Origin: an uncultured Acidobacteriota bacterium
GTDB taxonomy: Bacteria > Acidobacteriota > Blastocatellia > Pyrinomonadales > Pyrinomonadaceae
Length of the DNA stretch: 64,000 bases
Assembly: GCA_937859595.1 (NCBI GenBank)
Contig: CALMAH010000038.1
Location: 59,119 to 123,118 of the forward strand
Direction: 5' to 3'
The notes under the pieces are model-generated. The model saw nothing but the letters and a program-made list of their open reading frames with translations. It made no database searches and was not told the origin of the DNA. Below, in pieces: positions 19,606-29,323 of this stretch. The translations under genes were made by a program, and so were the position numbers. Each line of letters opens with the position of its first letter. The stretch's first letter is position 1.

Positions 19606-20553
19606 TTAGGCTACAGCCGGGACCCGAAGCCGCAGGGCCCCGGGGACGACCTCGTAAACGGCGGGAAGGCGGCCGGGGAGTTCGCCGTCCATTTCGATAT
19701 GGACGATATCGGAGTCATTAAAGGGGCGTGCCTCTATCCGGCGGGCAAGCTTGCTCTTTACCTCGGGCAGGTCTAGGTGCGTGCCGCGATAGAGCGTATA
19801 GGCATTGAGAATGATCTTTGCCGTCTTTATATCCCCGATGTTCACCACGTCGAGGAGGCCATCGGCAAGCTTTGCCTCAGGGGCGATCATCATGCCGCCG
19901 CCAAAGTAACGTGCATTGGCGACGCAGAAATTCACGGTCTCGAGCGGGGTTTCTTCGCCGTCGTCTATCTTTACCCGGACGCGTGTCGCTCCGATGCCGA
20001 CCACCTCCTGCAATGTCGAAAGTGCAAAGCTCGCGCGGCCGCGAACGGTATCGAGCGGGAGCCAATCGAGCGACGTGGTGCCCTTGACGCGTTCGATGAT
20101 AGAGGCCGCCAGCCCAAAGCTGCTGACATTTAGGAAATAGCGTTCGGCGGGCAGGCCGTCGTTGCCGATAAATGAGACCTTGCCGACATCGATGCGTCTG
20201 GTCTCGCCGTTGCGGAGGGCCCGGGCGATCTCACGCGGCGTGGTCGGCAGTCCGATAGTGCGACGGAGATCGCCGCCCGTACCGGAAGGGAAGATGCCGA
20301 GTTCGGCATCCGAGCCCGAAGCCAGTATCCCATTTGCAACCTCATTTATCGTACCGTCGCCGCCACAGGCAATTATGAACTCTGAGCCCTCTTCGGCATG
20401 GCGACGGGCTAGCTCGATGCCGTCGCCCGGGCCTTTTGTGAACGCAACGCGAAACGCGCCGAAATGGGCACGCAGATCGGCGGCCACGCCGGACCATTTG
20501 TCGCGGGTCGAACCTGCGGCCGACTTGGGATTAACGATGACAATAGGAAGCAT
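19606..20553 (-). CDS. YegS/BmrU-type diacylglycerol/lipid kinase
   Basis: ACGGDGTINEV motif, 315 aa. Confidence 0.85.
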   Translation of the reverse strand: MLPIVIVNPKSAAGSTRDKWSGVAADLRAHFGAFRVAFTKGPGDGIELARRHAEEGSEFIIACGGDGTINEVANGILASGSDAELGIFPSGTGGDLRRTIGLPTTPREIARALRNGETRRIDVGKVSFIGNDGLPAERYFLNVSSFGLAASIIERVKGTTSLDWLPLDTVRGRASFALSTLQEVVGIGATRVRVKIDDGEETPLETVNFCVANARYFGGGMMIAPEAKLADGLLDVVNIGDIKTAKIILNAYTLYRGTHLDLPEVKSKLARRIEARPFNDSDIVHIEMDGELPGRLPAVYEVVPGALRLRVPAVA

Positions 20554-20556
20554 CGG

Positions 20557-21222
20557 CTATTTGAAGAAGGCTATCTGGTTGTCGCGGACGTGATCGGCCA
20601 CCGCCCGGACCGTCTTCATTTCCGAGAGGCGGTAGTTGGCGTCGAGATTGGTGGAAAACCCCTTGCCGGTGTTGGCATAGACCATATTTTCCTGATAGGG
20701 AGCCGTCTTTGCGGGGCATTTGCCGACCACGATGATGTCGATCAGGCCATCGCCATTGAGGTCCTGGAACGCGACGGCCTCTACCCAGCAGCCGGCCGTG
20801 ACGCCGTTAAAGGGTTCGGGAAATTCGTAGATGCGTTTATTGCCGCGATAGATGGCAAATTCGGATTCCATCGGCGGGTCGTCGTACTCGGGGTTGTGGA
20901 CCGTGACAAAACAGGTGCCCTTAAAGGGTTCGAATTCGAGAGCAAAGGTCTGGCTCCGCAGGACGGGAAAGTCGCCCGTATCGGTCTCGTAACAAAGCTC
21001 GCGGGCCGCTTTTGACCCCAGGGCTCCCGCATCTACACGCGAACCGGCGGCCTCGGGCGGCGCGTCGGTCGCGGCGGGTTCCGCAGCGGCACGGTTCTCG
21101 GCCCGCGTATCTTCCGCCGTCCGTCGCCCGTCTGCCGGATCGCCGCACCCCGCCCCCGCCAATGCAAACGCCAATATAACGCTCGCCAAAACAGCCGTCT
21201 TGTATATAGTTGATGTTCTCAT
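20557..21222 (-). CDS. Lipoprotein, hypothetical (one FG-GAP/calcium-loop-like motif)
   Basis: Lipobox LAGAGC after MRTSTIYKTAVLASVILAF, and LNGDGLIDIIVVG. ATG at 21222 is preferred over the longer ORF. Confidence 0.55.
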   Translation of the reverse strand: MRTSTIYKTAVLASVILAFALAGAGCGDPADGRRTAEDTRAENRAAAEPAATDAPPEAAGSRVDAGALGSKAARELCYETDTGDFPVLRSQTFALEFEPFKGTCFVTVHNPEYDDPPMESEFAIYRGNKRIYEFPEPFNGVTAGCWVEAVAFQDLNGDGLIDIIVVGKCPAKTAPYQENMVYANTGKGFSTNLDANYRLSEMKTVRAVADHVRDNQIAFFK

Positions 21223-21754
21223 CAGGCCCGCGCAATTATGCCCACGCCACCCACACGAAGTCAATCGCCCCCGCGGAGTGGCAGTCACGGTCTGTCCGCT
21301 ATCGGCACTAAGGGCCACATCAAACTGCCCGGTACGCGAATCGCGGACATTTGTAGAAGGCCGCGAACCAAAAGCCTTTTGCACATTTCACCGCTGATCG
21401 ACCCGGCGAGACCGCCCGACACACCCCAAGCGAGATAGGAAAGTCCTCCACTTCGACCATAAACCCGGGTCAAAGCCGAGCCACCCCGCGTAGTAAGGAC
21501 ATCCCCGCCAACGGCGGTCACACAACTTTCCGACGGGGCCTCGCGCCCCCAAACGGAAAGCTGTGAATAAGGCAATCCTTTATCGAAGATCCCGGCCAGC
21601 AGTAACAAAAAAAATACCTAAACTAAAATTTTGGATTCAAATCCTCAAGAGCCGCCTAATAGTTTTCGTTTTGCCTTTACAGTAGTCCCCGACGAAAAGC
21701 CTCGTTCTGAACCAATGCAGATGTTCGGTGAAGCGTTTTGCAGAAACAGAAGTT

Positions 21755-21763
21755 TGGGATATA
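21755..21763 (+). promoter_or_regulatory. Possible extended -10 element (TGgGATATA) for the res operon
   Basis: TGn + GATATA lies 25 nt upstream of the ATG at 21788. There is no good -35. Confidence 0.25.
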
Positions 21764-21787
21764 TTTTGTGTCGTTCGAGAAGTTCCC

Positions 21788-24700
21788 ATGAGCGATAACC
21801 CAATACTAAACAACCCATACGACGAGCCTCGGCTACACTATGGTCAAACTTCCGACAATTCCCTGAATTATGAGGATGTGCGGAAAGGCCGCCGAGTATT
21901 TGATCCAAACTCCGAAAGACAACCCAATCCAACGAAAAAGGGAAGACAAAAGAAGCTCGCTTTCCCGATTGAGCCCGAGATCGACGCGGAAAAGCATATT
22001 ATCAATCTGATACGGAAAGAAGTCGGGGCTTGGCGGTCCAACGGATATCCGGAAACAACACGCGTAACAAGCGAATTGCTCCATTATTGGTTCAACGACC
22101 GTGATCGAGAGACCTGGCAACGCCTTTTCTTTGCGCAGCGTGAAGCTGTTGAGACTGCGATATGGCTTAACGAGGTTGCCGAACGATCCAATGCCGGCCA
22201 CAACATCCTTAGAATTTTGCGCGATTCACAATTGACGGTCGGTGATCGAGCCGAAGACCAATTGCCACGCGTCGCCTTCAAAATGGCGACCGGAACAGGT
22301 AAAACTGTGGTCATGGCGACGTTGGTACTTTACCACTTCGCCAATCGCCGGGAATACAAGAACGATGTTCGCTTTGCAGACTACTTTCTTATTATTGCAC
22401 CCGGCGTAACCATTAAGGATCGCTTAGGGGTACTTTTCGTCGACACACGAAACCTTCGTGAATTTGAACTCGAGGATTACTATCATCAAAGACATCTCGT
22501 ACCGCCAAGTCTTCAAGATAGTATCCAGAATCTTAATGCGCGACTTGTGATTACGAACTATCACTCTTTTTTGCCGAAGACGCTCCAGGGAAACAAAAAG
22601 AGTCCGTTCGACGGAAAGACCGATGTTCATGGAAATAAGCTAATAGGCGAAAACAAAGAGGATTTCGGCCTAGTCGTAAAGCGCATACTCGATAAATTCA
22701 AACCCGGAAGCCGTCTCTTAGTGCTAAACGATGAGGCTCACCACTGCTATCTTCCTAAAACGGACAAGAAGACCACCGACAACGAAGAGATAAACGAAAA
22801 TGAACGCGCAGCGGTCTGGTTTACCGGCTTGAGAGAGGTCGCGAAACGCTACAAGGTGCACAGCGTTTATGATCTTTCCGCGACCCCCTACTATCTAAAC
22901 GGATCGGGATATGAACCTTACAGTTTGTTCCCCTGGGTCGTAACTGACTTTGGGTTGATCGAGGCTATCGAGGCAGGCCTTGTTAAGATCCCGTTCCTTT
23001 CGGAGAGCGATAACACACAAGACCTTGACCAACCGTTTTTGGCGAATCTCTACACCCGGATAGTTGAACTAGATAAAAATGCATTCCCCAGAAAAGGACA
23101 GAGAAGAACGAGAGCACAAGCTAATCAAGAAGGCGTGATTCTTTCAGAAGCTCCACCAAAGCTTCCGCCGCAACTCCTTTCTGCCTTCGATATGTTCTAC
23201 AGGAACTACATAGATTACGCGAAAGGTGAAAGGCAAAGGCTTGAGGCTAGGCGCGATCTCTTCACGCCACCGCCGGTTTTTATCGTCGTTTGTAATAATA
23301 CGACCGTTTCTAAAGAGGTCTACAAATATCTTGCCGGGTATGAGTTTCACAATGGCGACGGTGAAATTCAGACCGTACCGGGAGCGAAAGAGCAGTTCAG
23401 CAACTACGACCAGAACGGAAGGCCAAAAAAGAGGCCACCGACTCTACTCATTGACAGCGACGCATTAGAGAATTCTGACCAGATCAATGACGACTTCAAG
23501 AAGATATTTGTTGAAGAGATCAAAGAGTTTCGCAAGGATTATACGCGGGTTCACGGGCAAGGAAGTGCGGAAAATATATCGGATGCCCAAATACTCCGCG
23601 AGGTCGTAAACACGGTCGGACAACAAGGAAAGTTGGGACAGGATATTCGATGTGTTGTCTCCGTTTCGATGCTCACCGAGGGTTGGGACGCCAACACTGT
23701 TACGCACATCGTTGGCGTGCGAGCATTTGGTTCGCAGCTTCTTTGCGAACAGGTTGCGGGTCGTGCTCTTCGCCGTGTGAGCTACATTCTTCAAGGCTAT
23801 GATAAGGACGGCGAACCGACGGAGGATAAGAGGAAGATCGTATCTCAGAAATTCCCTCCGGAATACGCACATATTATCGGGATACCGTTCAAGCTGTTCA
23901 AAGGCGGAAAAGCTGCACCGGCTCCGAATCCGGTTGAGACAACTCAGATCAAAGCGCTAAAGGAAAAAGAAGAACTAGAGATCACTTTCCCGAACGTAGA
24001 TGGCTATCGAATAGACACTGCTGGAAACAAACTCGAAGCAAATTTCGATGACCTCGAACCATTTGAAATAGACGGGACTAAAATTCCCGTAGAAACGATC
24101 ATGGGAAATGCAATCTCTCCTACTGAGATCAAGATGGGCATCGAACAGGTTCTCGAACGCCGCGAAGGAGAACTTATCTACTGGATCACAAAGGAAGTGA
24201 TCCGCCACAAATACTCGGACGACGACGGCAATCCGCAATTCCGTTACTTCGGCGACCTAAAAGGAATCGTAACTCGCTGGTACAACGAGCGGGTGAAGGT
24301 AATAGGAATTGCAGGAAGGGATTATCGCAAGCTTTTGTTCTTTCTCGACGGTAAAACCATTGCGTCTCACATCGTACGAGCGATAAACACGCATGAGAAC
24401 AATTCTGAATTTATTCGGCCCGTTCTGAACCACTACAATCCATTTGGGAGCACCCGGCATGTTCGCGGCGTAACAACAAAGCCGGTCTGGGAAACGGCGA
24501 AGTCTCATGTGAATTACGTCGTCGAAGACAGCGGTTGGGAAGGTATCGCCGCGAAAGCTCTTGATGAAATGGAGATCATCAGCTACGTAAAGAACAGCTT
24601 TCTAGAATTCCGAATACCATATATCAAGGACGGCGAAGAAGCGGGCTATTATCCTGATTTTATTATTCGAGCGAACGGCAAAGACGGAAAACCCATAAAT

Positions 24701-24892
24701 CTTATCCTCGAAGTTACAGGCTCAAACAAGAAACATAAGGCCGAAAAGAAATGGTACACCGAGAACAGATGGATTCCGGCGGTTAATGCCGTCCGAGAAA
24801 AACACGGAATGGATGAATGGCGCTACATTGAGATCCGGGATGATATACGGGATTTCAAGAATGAGATTCTACAAGAAATAACGACAATCTAA
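21788..24892 (+). CDS. res: Type III-like restriction enzyme Res subunit (SF2 helicase plus C-terminal PD-(D/E)xK-like nuclease)
   Basis: MATGTGKT (motif I), LNDEAHH (DEAH), SATP and QVAGRALRR (motif VI). C-terminal YYPDFII...ILEVTG nuclease-like motif. The start is at MSDNPILNNPYDEP. Confidence 0.85.
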   Translation: MSDNPILNNPYDEPRLHYGQTSDNSLNYEDVRKGRRVFDPNSERQPNPTKKGRQKKLAFPIEPEIDAEKHIINLIRKEVGAWRSNGYPETTRVTSELLHYWFNDRDRETWQRLFFAQREAVETAIWLNEVAERSNAGHNILRILRDSQLTVGDRAEDQLPRVAFKMATGTGKTVVMATLVLYHFANRREYKNDVRFADYFLIIAPGVTIKDRLGVLFVDTRNLREFELEDYYHQRHLVPPSLQDSIQNLNARLVITNYHSFLPKTLQGNKKSPFDGKTDVHGNKLIGENKEDFGLVVKRILDKFKPGSRLLVLNDEAHHCYLPKTDKKTTDNEEINENERAAVWFTGLREVAKRYKVHSVYDLSATPYYLNGSGYEPYSLFPWVVTDFGLIEAIEAGLVKIPFLSESDNTQDLDQPFLANLYTRIVELDKNAFPRKGQRRTRAQANQEGVILSEAPPKLPPQLLSAFDMFYRNYIDYAKGERQRLEARRDLFTPPPVFIVVCNNTTVSKEVYKYLAGYEFHNGDGEIQTVPGAKEQFSNYDQNGRPKKRPPTLLIDSDALENSDQINDDFKKIFVEEIKEFRKDYTRVHGQGSAENISDAQILREVVNTVGQQGKLGQDIRCVVSVSMLTEGWDANTVTHIVGVRAFGSQLLCEQVAGRALRRVSYILQGYDKDGEPTEDKRKIVSQKFPPEYAHIIGIPFKLFKGGKAAPAPNPVETTQIKALKEKEELEITFPNVDGYRIDTAGNKLEANFDDLEPFEIDGTKIPVETIMGNAISPTEIKMGIEQVLERREGELIYWITKEVIRHKYSDDDGNPQFRYFGDLKGIVTRWYNERVKVIGIAGRDYRKLLFFLDGKTIASHIVRAINTHENNSEFIRPVLNHYNPFGSTRHVRGVTTKPVWETAKSHVNYVVEDSGWEGIAAKALDEMEIISYVKNSFLEFRIPYIKDGEEAGYYPDFIIRANGKDGKPINLILEVTGSNKKHKAEKKWYTENRWIPAVNAVREKHGMDEWRYIEIRDDIRDFKNEILQEITTI

Positions 24893-24896
24893 CAGA

Positions 24897-26660
24897 ATGG
24901 CATTTCAAACCCCAATAACCATTAAAGAAGCCGTCGATAATATTCGGAGAAGGAAATACCTACTTCCTTCTATCCAGAGAAAGCTCGTTTGGAATTCTGG
25001 GCAGATCGAAAGGCTTTTTGATTCCTTGATGCGAGACTATCCCATCGGGTCATTTCTCTTTTGGCATGTTGATCGCGAACGTCTCAACGACTTCACGTTC
25101 TATGAATTCATCAAGGATTATCACGAACGTGACAACCGAAACAACGCCAAGGCGGATCCGATCAGCGACTCGGATATTACGGGCATTCTCGACGGTCAGC
25201 AGCGGCTTACGTCCCTTTATATCGGCCTTTTTGGTTCTTACGCTGAGAAAGAAAAGTCTAAGCGATGGGACAACGACAAGGCGTTTCCCAAACGCTTTCT
25301 GCATTTGAATCTTCTGAAAGGCTACACAGAAGATGAAAACGATCTTGAACTTGCGTATGATTTTTATTTCATGACCGAGGAAGAGGCTAGGGAGAACCGT
25401 ACCGACGACCCTGAGAACTTCTTTTGGTTTAGGGCCAGCGATATATTCACGTTTAAGAGCCACGGCGACATCGGTTCATTTTTGATGAGGGAGATCTCGC
25501 AAACCGCTGACCCTGAAAAGGCCCAATTTGCGAACGACACTCTTTTCAAGTTCTACTCTCTTGTTAACGACCGCCCGGTAATCAATTTTTTCCTCGAAAA
25601 GAATGGTGATCTTGATAAGGTGCTGAACATCTTTGTACGCGTGAACAGCGGCGGAACCCAACTAAGCTACGCAGACCTATTGCTATCGATTGCATCTGCA
25701 AGTTGGAACAAGCTGGATGCTCGCGAAGAGATCACTAATTTTGTCGAGGAAATTTCCGATCAGGGGACTGGATTTCGATTTAGTCAGGATTTCGTACTGA
25801 AGTCCGCCTTAGTGCTTTCTGACCTGCCAAACATCCAATTCAAGGTTAACAATTTTAACAACGCCAATATGCGGACCATCGAGGAAAATTGGGGGACGAT
25901 GTGCGATGCTATCAGACTGGCGGTTAACCTCGTTGAATCCTTCGGATATACACGCGAAACGCTGAGCTCCAATTACGCACTCATACCGATCGCTTATTAT
26001 TTGTTGAAAAAAGGAAACCCGCCCAACTTTGTTGAGTCGGCGAATTTTCTGAGCGACCGCCAAAACATCCGCAAATGGTTGATCGCATCACTCTTAAAAC
26101 GCGCGTTTGGCGGTCAGCCGGACACGGTTCTTAGACCGATCCGTCAGATACTGCAAAGGGATTCCGGAGCCTTCCCGATCGATGCGATAGTTGATGAGTT
26201 CAAGGGAAAAAATAAATCTATCGTTTTCACTGACGATGATATTTCTGCCCTTTTCGATCATTATTACGGAAGCCAATACACCTTTTCTACCCTGGCGGTC
26301 TTTTACCCGACCCTCGACTTTAAGAACAAATTTCACGTTGACCATATCTTCCCGAAGAGCCTGTTCAAAAGAAAGAACCTCCTTAATCGAGGAATAAGCG
26401 AACCAGACGCCGATGTGTTTATGGAGAACGTTGACTACCTCGCAAATCTTCAACTTCTCGAGGGGATTCCTAATATGGAAAAATCCAACAAGGAATTCAA
26501 GGACTGGCTCGAAGAGGCTTATCCTGATAAAGATGCGAGACGAGCATATATGGAAAGGAACTACATCCCCGACGTTGATCTTAGCCTTGAGAATTTTGGC
26601 GAGTTTTTTGAAGAAAGAACTAAATTGATGACAAGCAGATTTGCTCAATTGATCAAGTAA
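24897..26660 (+). CDS. GmrSD-family protein (DUF262 ParB-like NTPase plus DUF1524 His-Me nuclease)
   Basis: [20 protein letters not shown] and DGQQRLTS are DUF262 motifs. C-terminal HVDHIFPKS ... [15 protein letters not shown] is DUF1524/HNH-like. It starts 4 nt after the res stop. Confidence 0.85.
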   Translation: MAFQTPITIKEAVDNIRRRKYLLPSIQRKLVWNSGQIERLFDSLMRDYPIGSFLFWHVDRERLNDFTFYEFIKDYHERDNRNNAKADPISDSDITGILDGQQRLTSLYIGLFGSYAEKEKSKRWDNDKAFPKRFLHLNLLKGYTEDENDLELAYDFYFMTEEEARENRTDDPENFFWFRASDIFTFKSHGDIGSFLMREISQTADPEKAQFANDTLFKFYSLVNDRPVINFFLEKNGDLDKVLNIFVRVNSGGTQLSYADLLLSIASASWNKLDAREEITNFVEEISDQGTGFRFSQDFVLKSALVLSDLPNIQFKVNNFNNANMRTIEENWGTMCDAIRLAVNLVESFGYTRETLSSNYALIPIAYYLLKKGNPPNFVESANFLSDRQNIRKWLIASLLKRAFGGQPDTVLRPIRQILQRDSGAFPIDAIVDEFKGKNKSIVFTDDDISALFDHYYGSQYTFSTLAVFYPTLDFKNKFHVDHIFPKSLFKRKNLLNRGISEPDADVFMENVDYLANLQLLEGIPNMEKSNKEFKDWLEEAYPDKDARRAYMERNYIPDVDLSLENFGEFFEERTKLMTSRFAQLIK

Positions 26661-26686
26661 GATTTGATTCTCGTGCAAAGCGAATT

Positions 26687-29317
26687 ATGACCAAGAAGAT
26701 CGACAGCATTGAGCATAAGGAAGAGAAGCGGGCATATATTCCCAGCAAGGAAGAGGCGGGGTTTGAGGATGCGAATCCGCATGTTCGGCAAGGGAAAAGG
26801 ACTCTTGAGCTTCCCGTTAATCCGGTCGTGACCCGCGGGCAGGACCCGGAATTGTTCTGGATGAACAAATACGGGAATGACGACCGCGAAGAGCTTTTGC
26901 GTGTAGATATTCGTTCGCTTTATCGCCACGAACATATTGAGCCGGAAACGCTGATCAGAAATCTTTACCGAATAACCGAGGACACAGAGGACCCGCAGGG
27001 CGATATCTTTGGCGAGATACCCGAAGCTTTCAAGGACATGATCGAACGTGACGATCTGGAGAAAGTTGCGGGATATTACGAACATAGTGACAAATGGAGA
27101 AATCGCCTAATTCAAGGCGACAGCCATTTGGTAATGGCGAGCCTTCTGGAAAGAGAAGGAATGGCCGGAAAGGTCCAAATGATCTATGTCGATCCGCCCT
27201 ATGGGATCAAATACGGATCTAACTGGCAGATCAAGCTAAATAATCGAGATGTGAAAGACGGAAGCGACGATCACCTGACCGGAGAACCCGAGGTCATCAA
27301 GGCATTTCGGGATACATGGGAACTCGGTATTCATTCCTATCTTTCATACATCCGCGACCGGCTGCTGATAGCAAAAGAACTCCTAACCGAAAGCGGAAGC
27401 TGTTTTGTCCAGATATCCGATGAGAATGTACATTTGGTTAGGAACGTGATGGATGAGGTTTTTGGAAGTGGTAACTTCTGTGGATTAATTCCATTCAAAA
27501 AGACTACCGGTTTCGGCTCGGAACTGATCGATTCGACCTACGATTTCCTTCTCTGGTATGCGAAAGCCAAGGAATCAGTGAAGTACCGAACTCTATATTT
27601 AGACCGCCCGCCCGACAAGACCGCAAGCGCATATAGCTGGATTAAGGAAACAAATGGAACATACCGGCGTCTAAAAAAGAGCGACTTCGATGATGCGGGA
27701 AACATCATTGTGGATCACGACTTTAGGTTCAGCACTTCGAGTCTTATGTCGTCTGGTGAATCTGAAAAGGGCTCGCAGCCGTTTGTTTTTGAAGGCAAGG
27801 AATACCGCCCCGCAAAGGGAACGCATTGGAAGACTCATCAGAAGGGGTTAAACAAATTGGCTGAAACAGGCCGTCTTATAGGAGTCAAAAATACGCTGGC
27901 CTACATACGAAAGGAAAACGACTTCCCTCTGGTAACTTTCGACAACGTTTGGAATGACACGCTCCAGAGTACATTTGCAATTGAAAAGCTCTACGTCGTT
28001 CAGACTACTTTAAAGGTCCTCCAGCGGTGTATTCTCATGACAACAGATCCAGGTGATTTGGTATTTGACCCGACTTGTGGAAGTGGAACAACTGCCGTTG
28101 TTTCGGAGCAATTCGGGCGTCGCTGGATTACGATTGACACAAGCCGAATCGCATTAAACATCGCCAAGACGCGTCTGATGACTGCAACGCTGCCGTACTA
28201 CAAACTTTACGACGAGACGGCAAAGGATATTCGGCAAGGATTTGTTTACAAGACAGTTCCTCACATTACCTTGAAGTCCCTCGCGAATGACGAGCCGCCC
28301 GCGACCGAGACGCTCTATGACAAACCGGAGATAGACACAAAGAGAATGCGGGTCAGCGGGCCTTTTACGGTCGAGACTTTGCAAAATTTTGAACCTGTCT
28401 TGCCCGAAGAAATAGCCGAAGAAACAATGGTCAGCGGCGAGAGCTTTGAGCAGATCATCAAAGACCATCTGCTTGCTACCGGAATCAAGAATGGCCGCAA
28501 AGATGAGCAGGTAATGTTCTCCCGCGTCGAAATACTTGCCGGCGAACGCCTTCACGCCGAAGGTTTTTATCAGAACGGCGTCGGAGAAAAGAAAGCCTAT
28601 TTCCACATCGGCCCGAAGTTCGGCACAGTCAGCAAGAAAGCCGTTAATGAAGCGATCCGGGAATGCCAATCCCGCGGAGATGCCCAATGGCTTGTAATTC
28701 TCGGATTTAGTTTTGAGAGCGACATAGAGGGCGGCACGCATACGACATCAATGGGTAATTTCGAAGTAACCCGCGCCCGCATCCATGATGATCTTTTACA
28801 GGAAGGCCTAAAGAAAAAACCGGCTAAGTCCGCCGCCTCTTTCGTGACCATAGGCGAACCGGATATTGTGCTCGTGTCAGAATCTACCACCCCGTCAGGC
28901 GAAGCGGCTGACACCCCTCCTATCCAGAAGGGGAGCTTTATGCAGGTCGAGATCAGAGGCCTCGATATCTACGACCCTATCAAGGACGAAGTTAAAGCCC
29001 GCGATCTTCACGATATCGCCTACTGGATGGTGGACGACAATTACGACGGATCGAACTTTATCGTCCGGCAGGTCTTCTTCTGTGGCGGCGACAAAGACGA
29101 GTTCGCCAAATGGAAAAAAGGCCTCGACACACTGGCCAAAGACAAAACCCGCAAACGCGCCGAGAAAACCCTAAAGATAGAAATAGACGAAGAAGCCTTT
29201 GACCGAATCTACGGCCACACTTCGCACCCAATAAAAATAAAAAACGAAGGCCAAAAGATCGCCGTAAGAGTAATCAGCCAATACGGCGAAGAATCAACGA
29301 AGGTCCTTACTGTTTAA
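26687..29317 (+). CDS. mod: Beta-class N6-adenine (DPPY) DNA methyltransferase, Type III Mod-like, with a long C-terminal extension
   Basis: [15 protein letters not shown] (motif IV) precedes [13 protein letters not shown] (motif I), which is the beta-class order. About 400 aa follow motif I. Confidence 0.9.
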   Translation: MTKKIDSIEHKEEKRAYIPSKEEAGFEDANPHVRQGKRTLELPVNPVVTRGQDPELFWMNKYGNDDREELLRVDIRSLYRHEHIEPETLIRNLYRITEDTEDPQGDIFGEIPEAFKDMIERDDLEKVAGYYEHSDKWRNRLIQGDSHLVMASLLEREGMAGKVQMIYVDPPYGIKYGSNWQIKLNNRDVKDGSDDHLTGEPEVIKAFRDTWELGIHSYLSYIRDRLLIAKELLTESGSCFVQISDENVHLVRNVMDEVFGSGNFCGLIPFKKTTGFGSELIDSTYDFLLWYAKAKESVKYRTLYLDRPPDKTASAYSWIKETNGTYRRLKKSDFDDAGNIIVDHDFRFSTSSLMSSGESEKGSQPFVFEGKEYRPAKGTHWKTHQKGLNKLAETGRLIGVKNTLAYIRKENDFPLVTFDNVWNDTLQSTFAIEKLYVVQTTLKVLQRCILMTTDPGDLVFDPTCGSGTTAVVSEQFGRRWITIDTSRIALNIAKTRLMTATLPYYKLYDETAKDIRQGFVYKTVPHITLKSLANDEPPATETLYDKPEIDTKRMRVSGPFTVETLQNFEPVLPEEIAEETMVSGESFEQIIKDHLLATGIKNGRKDEQVMFSRVEILAGERLHAEGFYQNGVGEKKAYFHIGPKFGTVSKKAVNEAIRECQSRGDAQWLVILGFSFESDIEGGTHTTSMGNFEVTRARIHDDLLQEGLKKKPAKSAASFVTIGEPDIVLVSESTTPSGEAADTPPIQKGSFMQVEIRGLDIYDPIKDEVKARDLHDIAYWMVDDNYDGSNFIVRQVFFCGGDKDEFAKWKKGLDTLAKDKTRKRAEKTLKIEIDEEAFDRIYGHTSHPIKIKNEGQKIAVRVISQYGEESTKVLTV

Positions 29318-29323
29318 ACCAAG

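Noticed and set aside
21285-21608. 107-aa ORF (-) and other short ORFs in the 21385-21787 border region
   Set aside because: There are no motifs and no RBS, and the ORF overlaps the upstream extension of the lipoprotein ORF. I treat the region as non-coding border DNA, possibly a decayed gene.
21628-21650. tRNA-like T-arm string ggattcaaatcc at the left island border, a possible att/tRNA fragment
   Set aside because: The flanking bases cannot form a 5-bp T-stem on either strand, and no acceptor or anticodon arm can be drawn. It is probably chance.
21728-21787. Upstream GTG start giving a 1054-aa Res
   Set aside because: The extension (MKRFAETEVWDIFCVVREVP) adds no recognisable sequence. Family members that I recall start near the NNPY.EP motif, so ATG 21788 is preferred. 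The choice is unverified.
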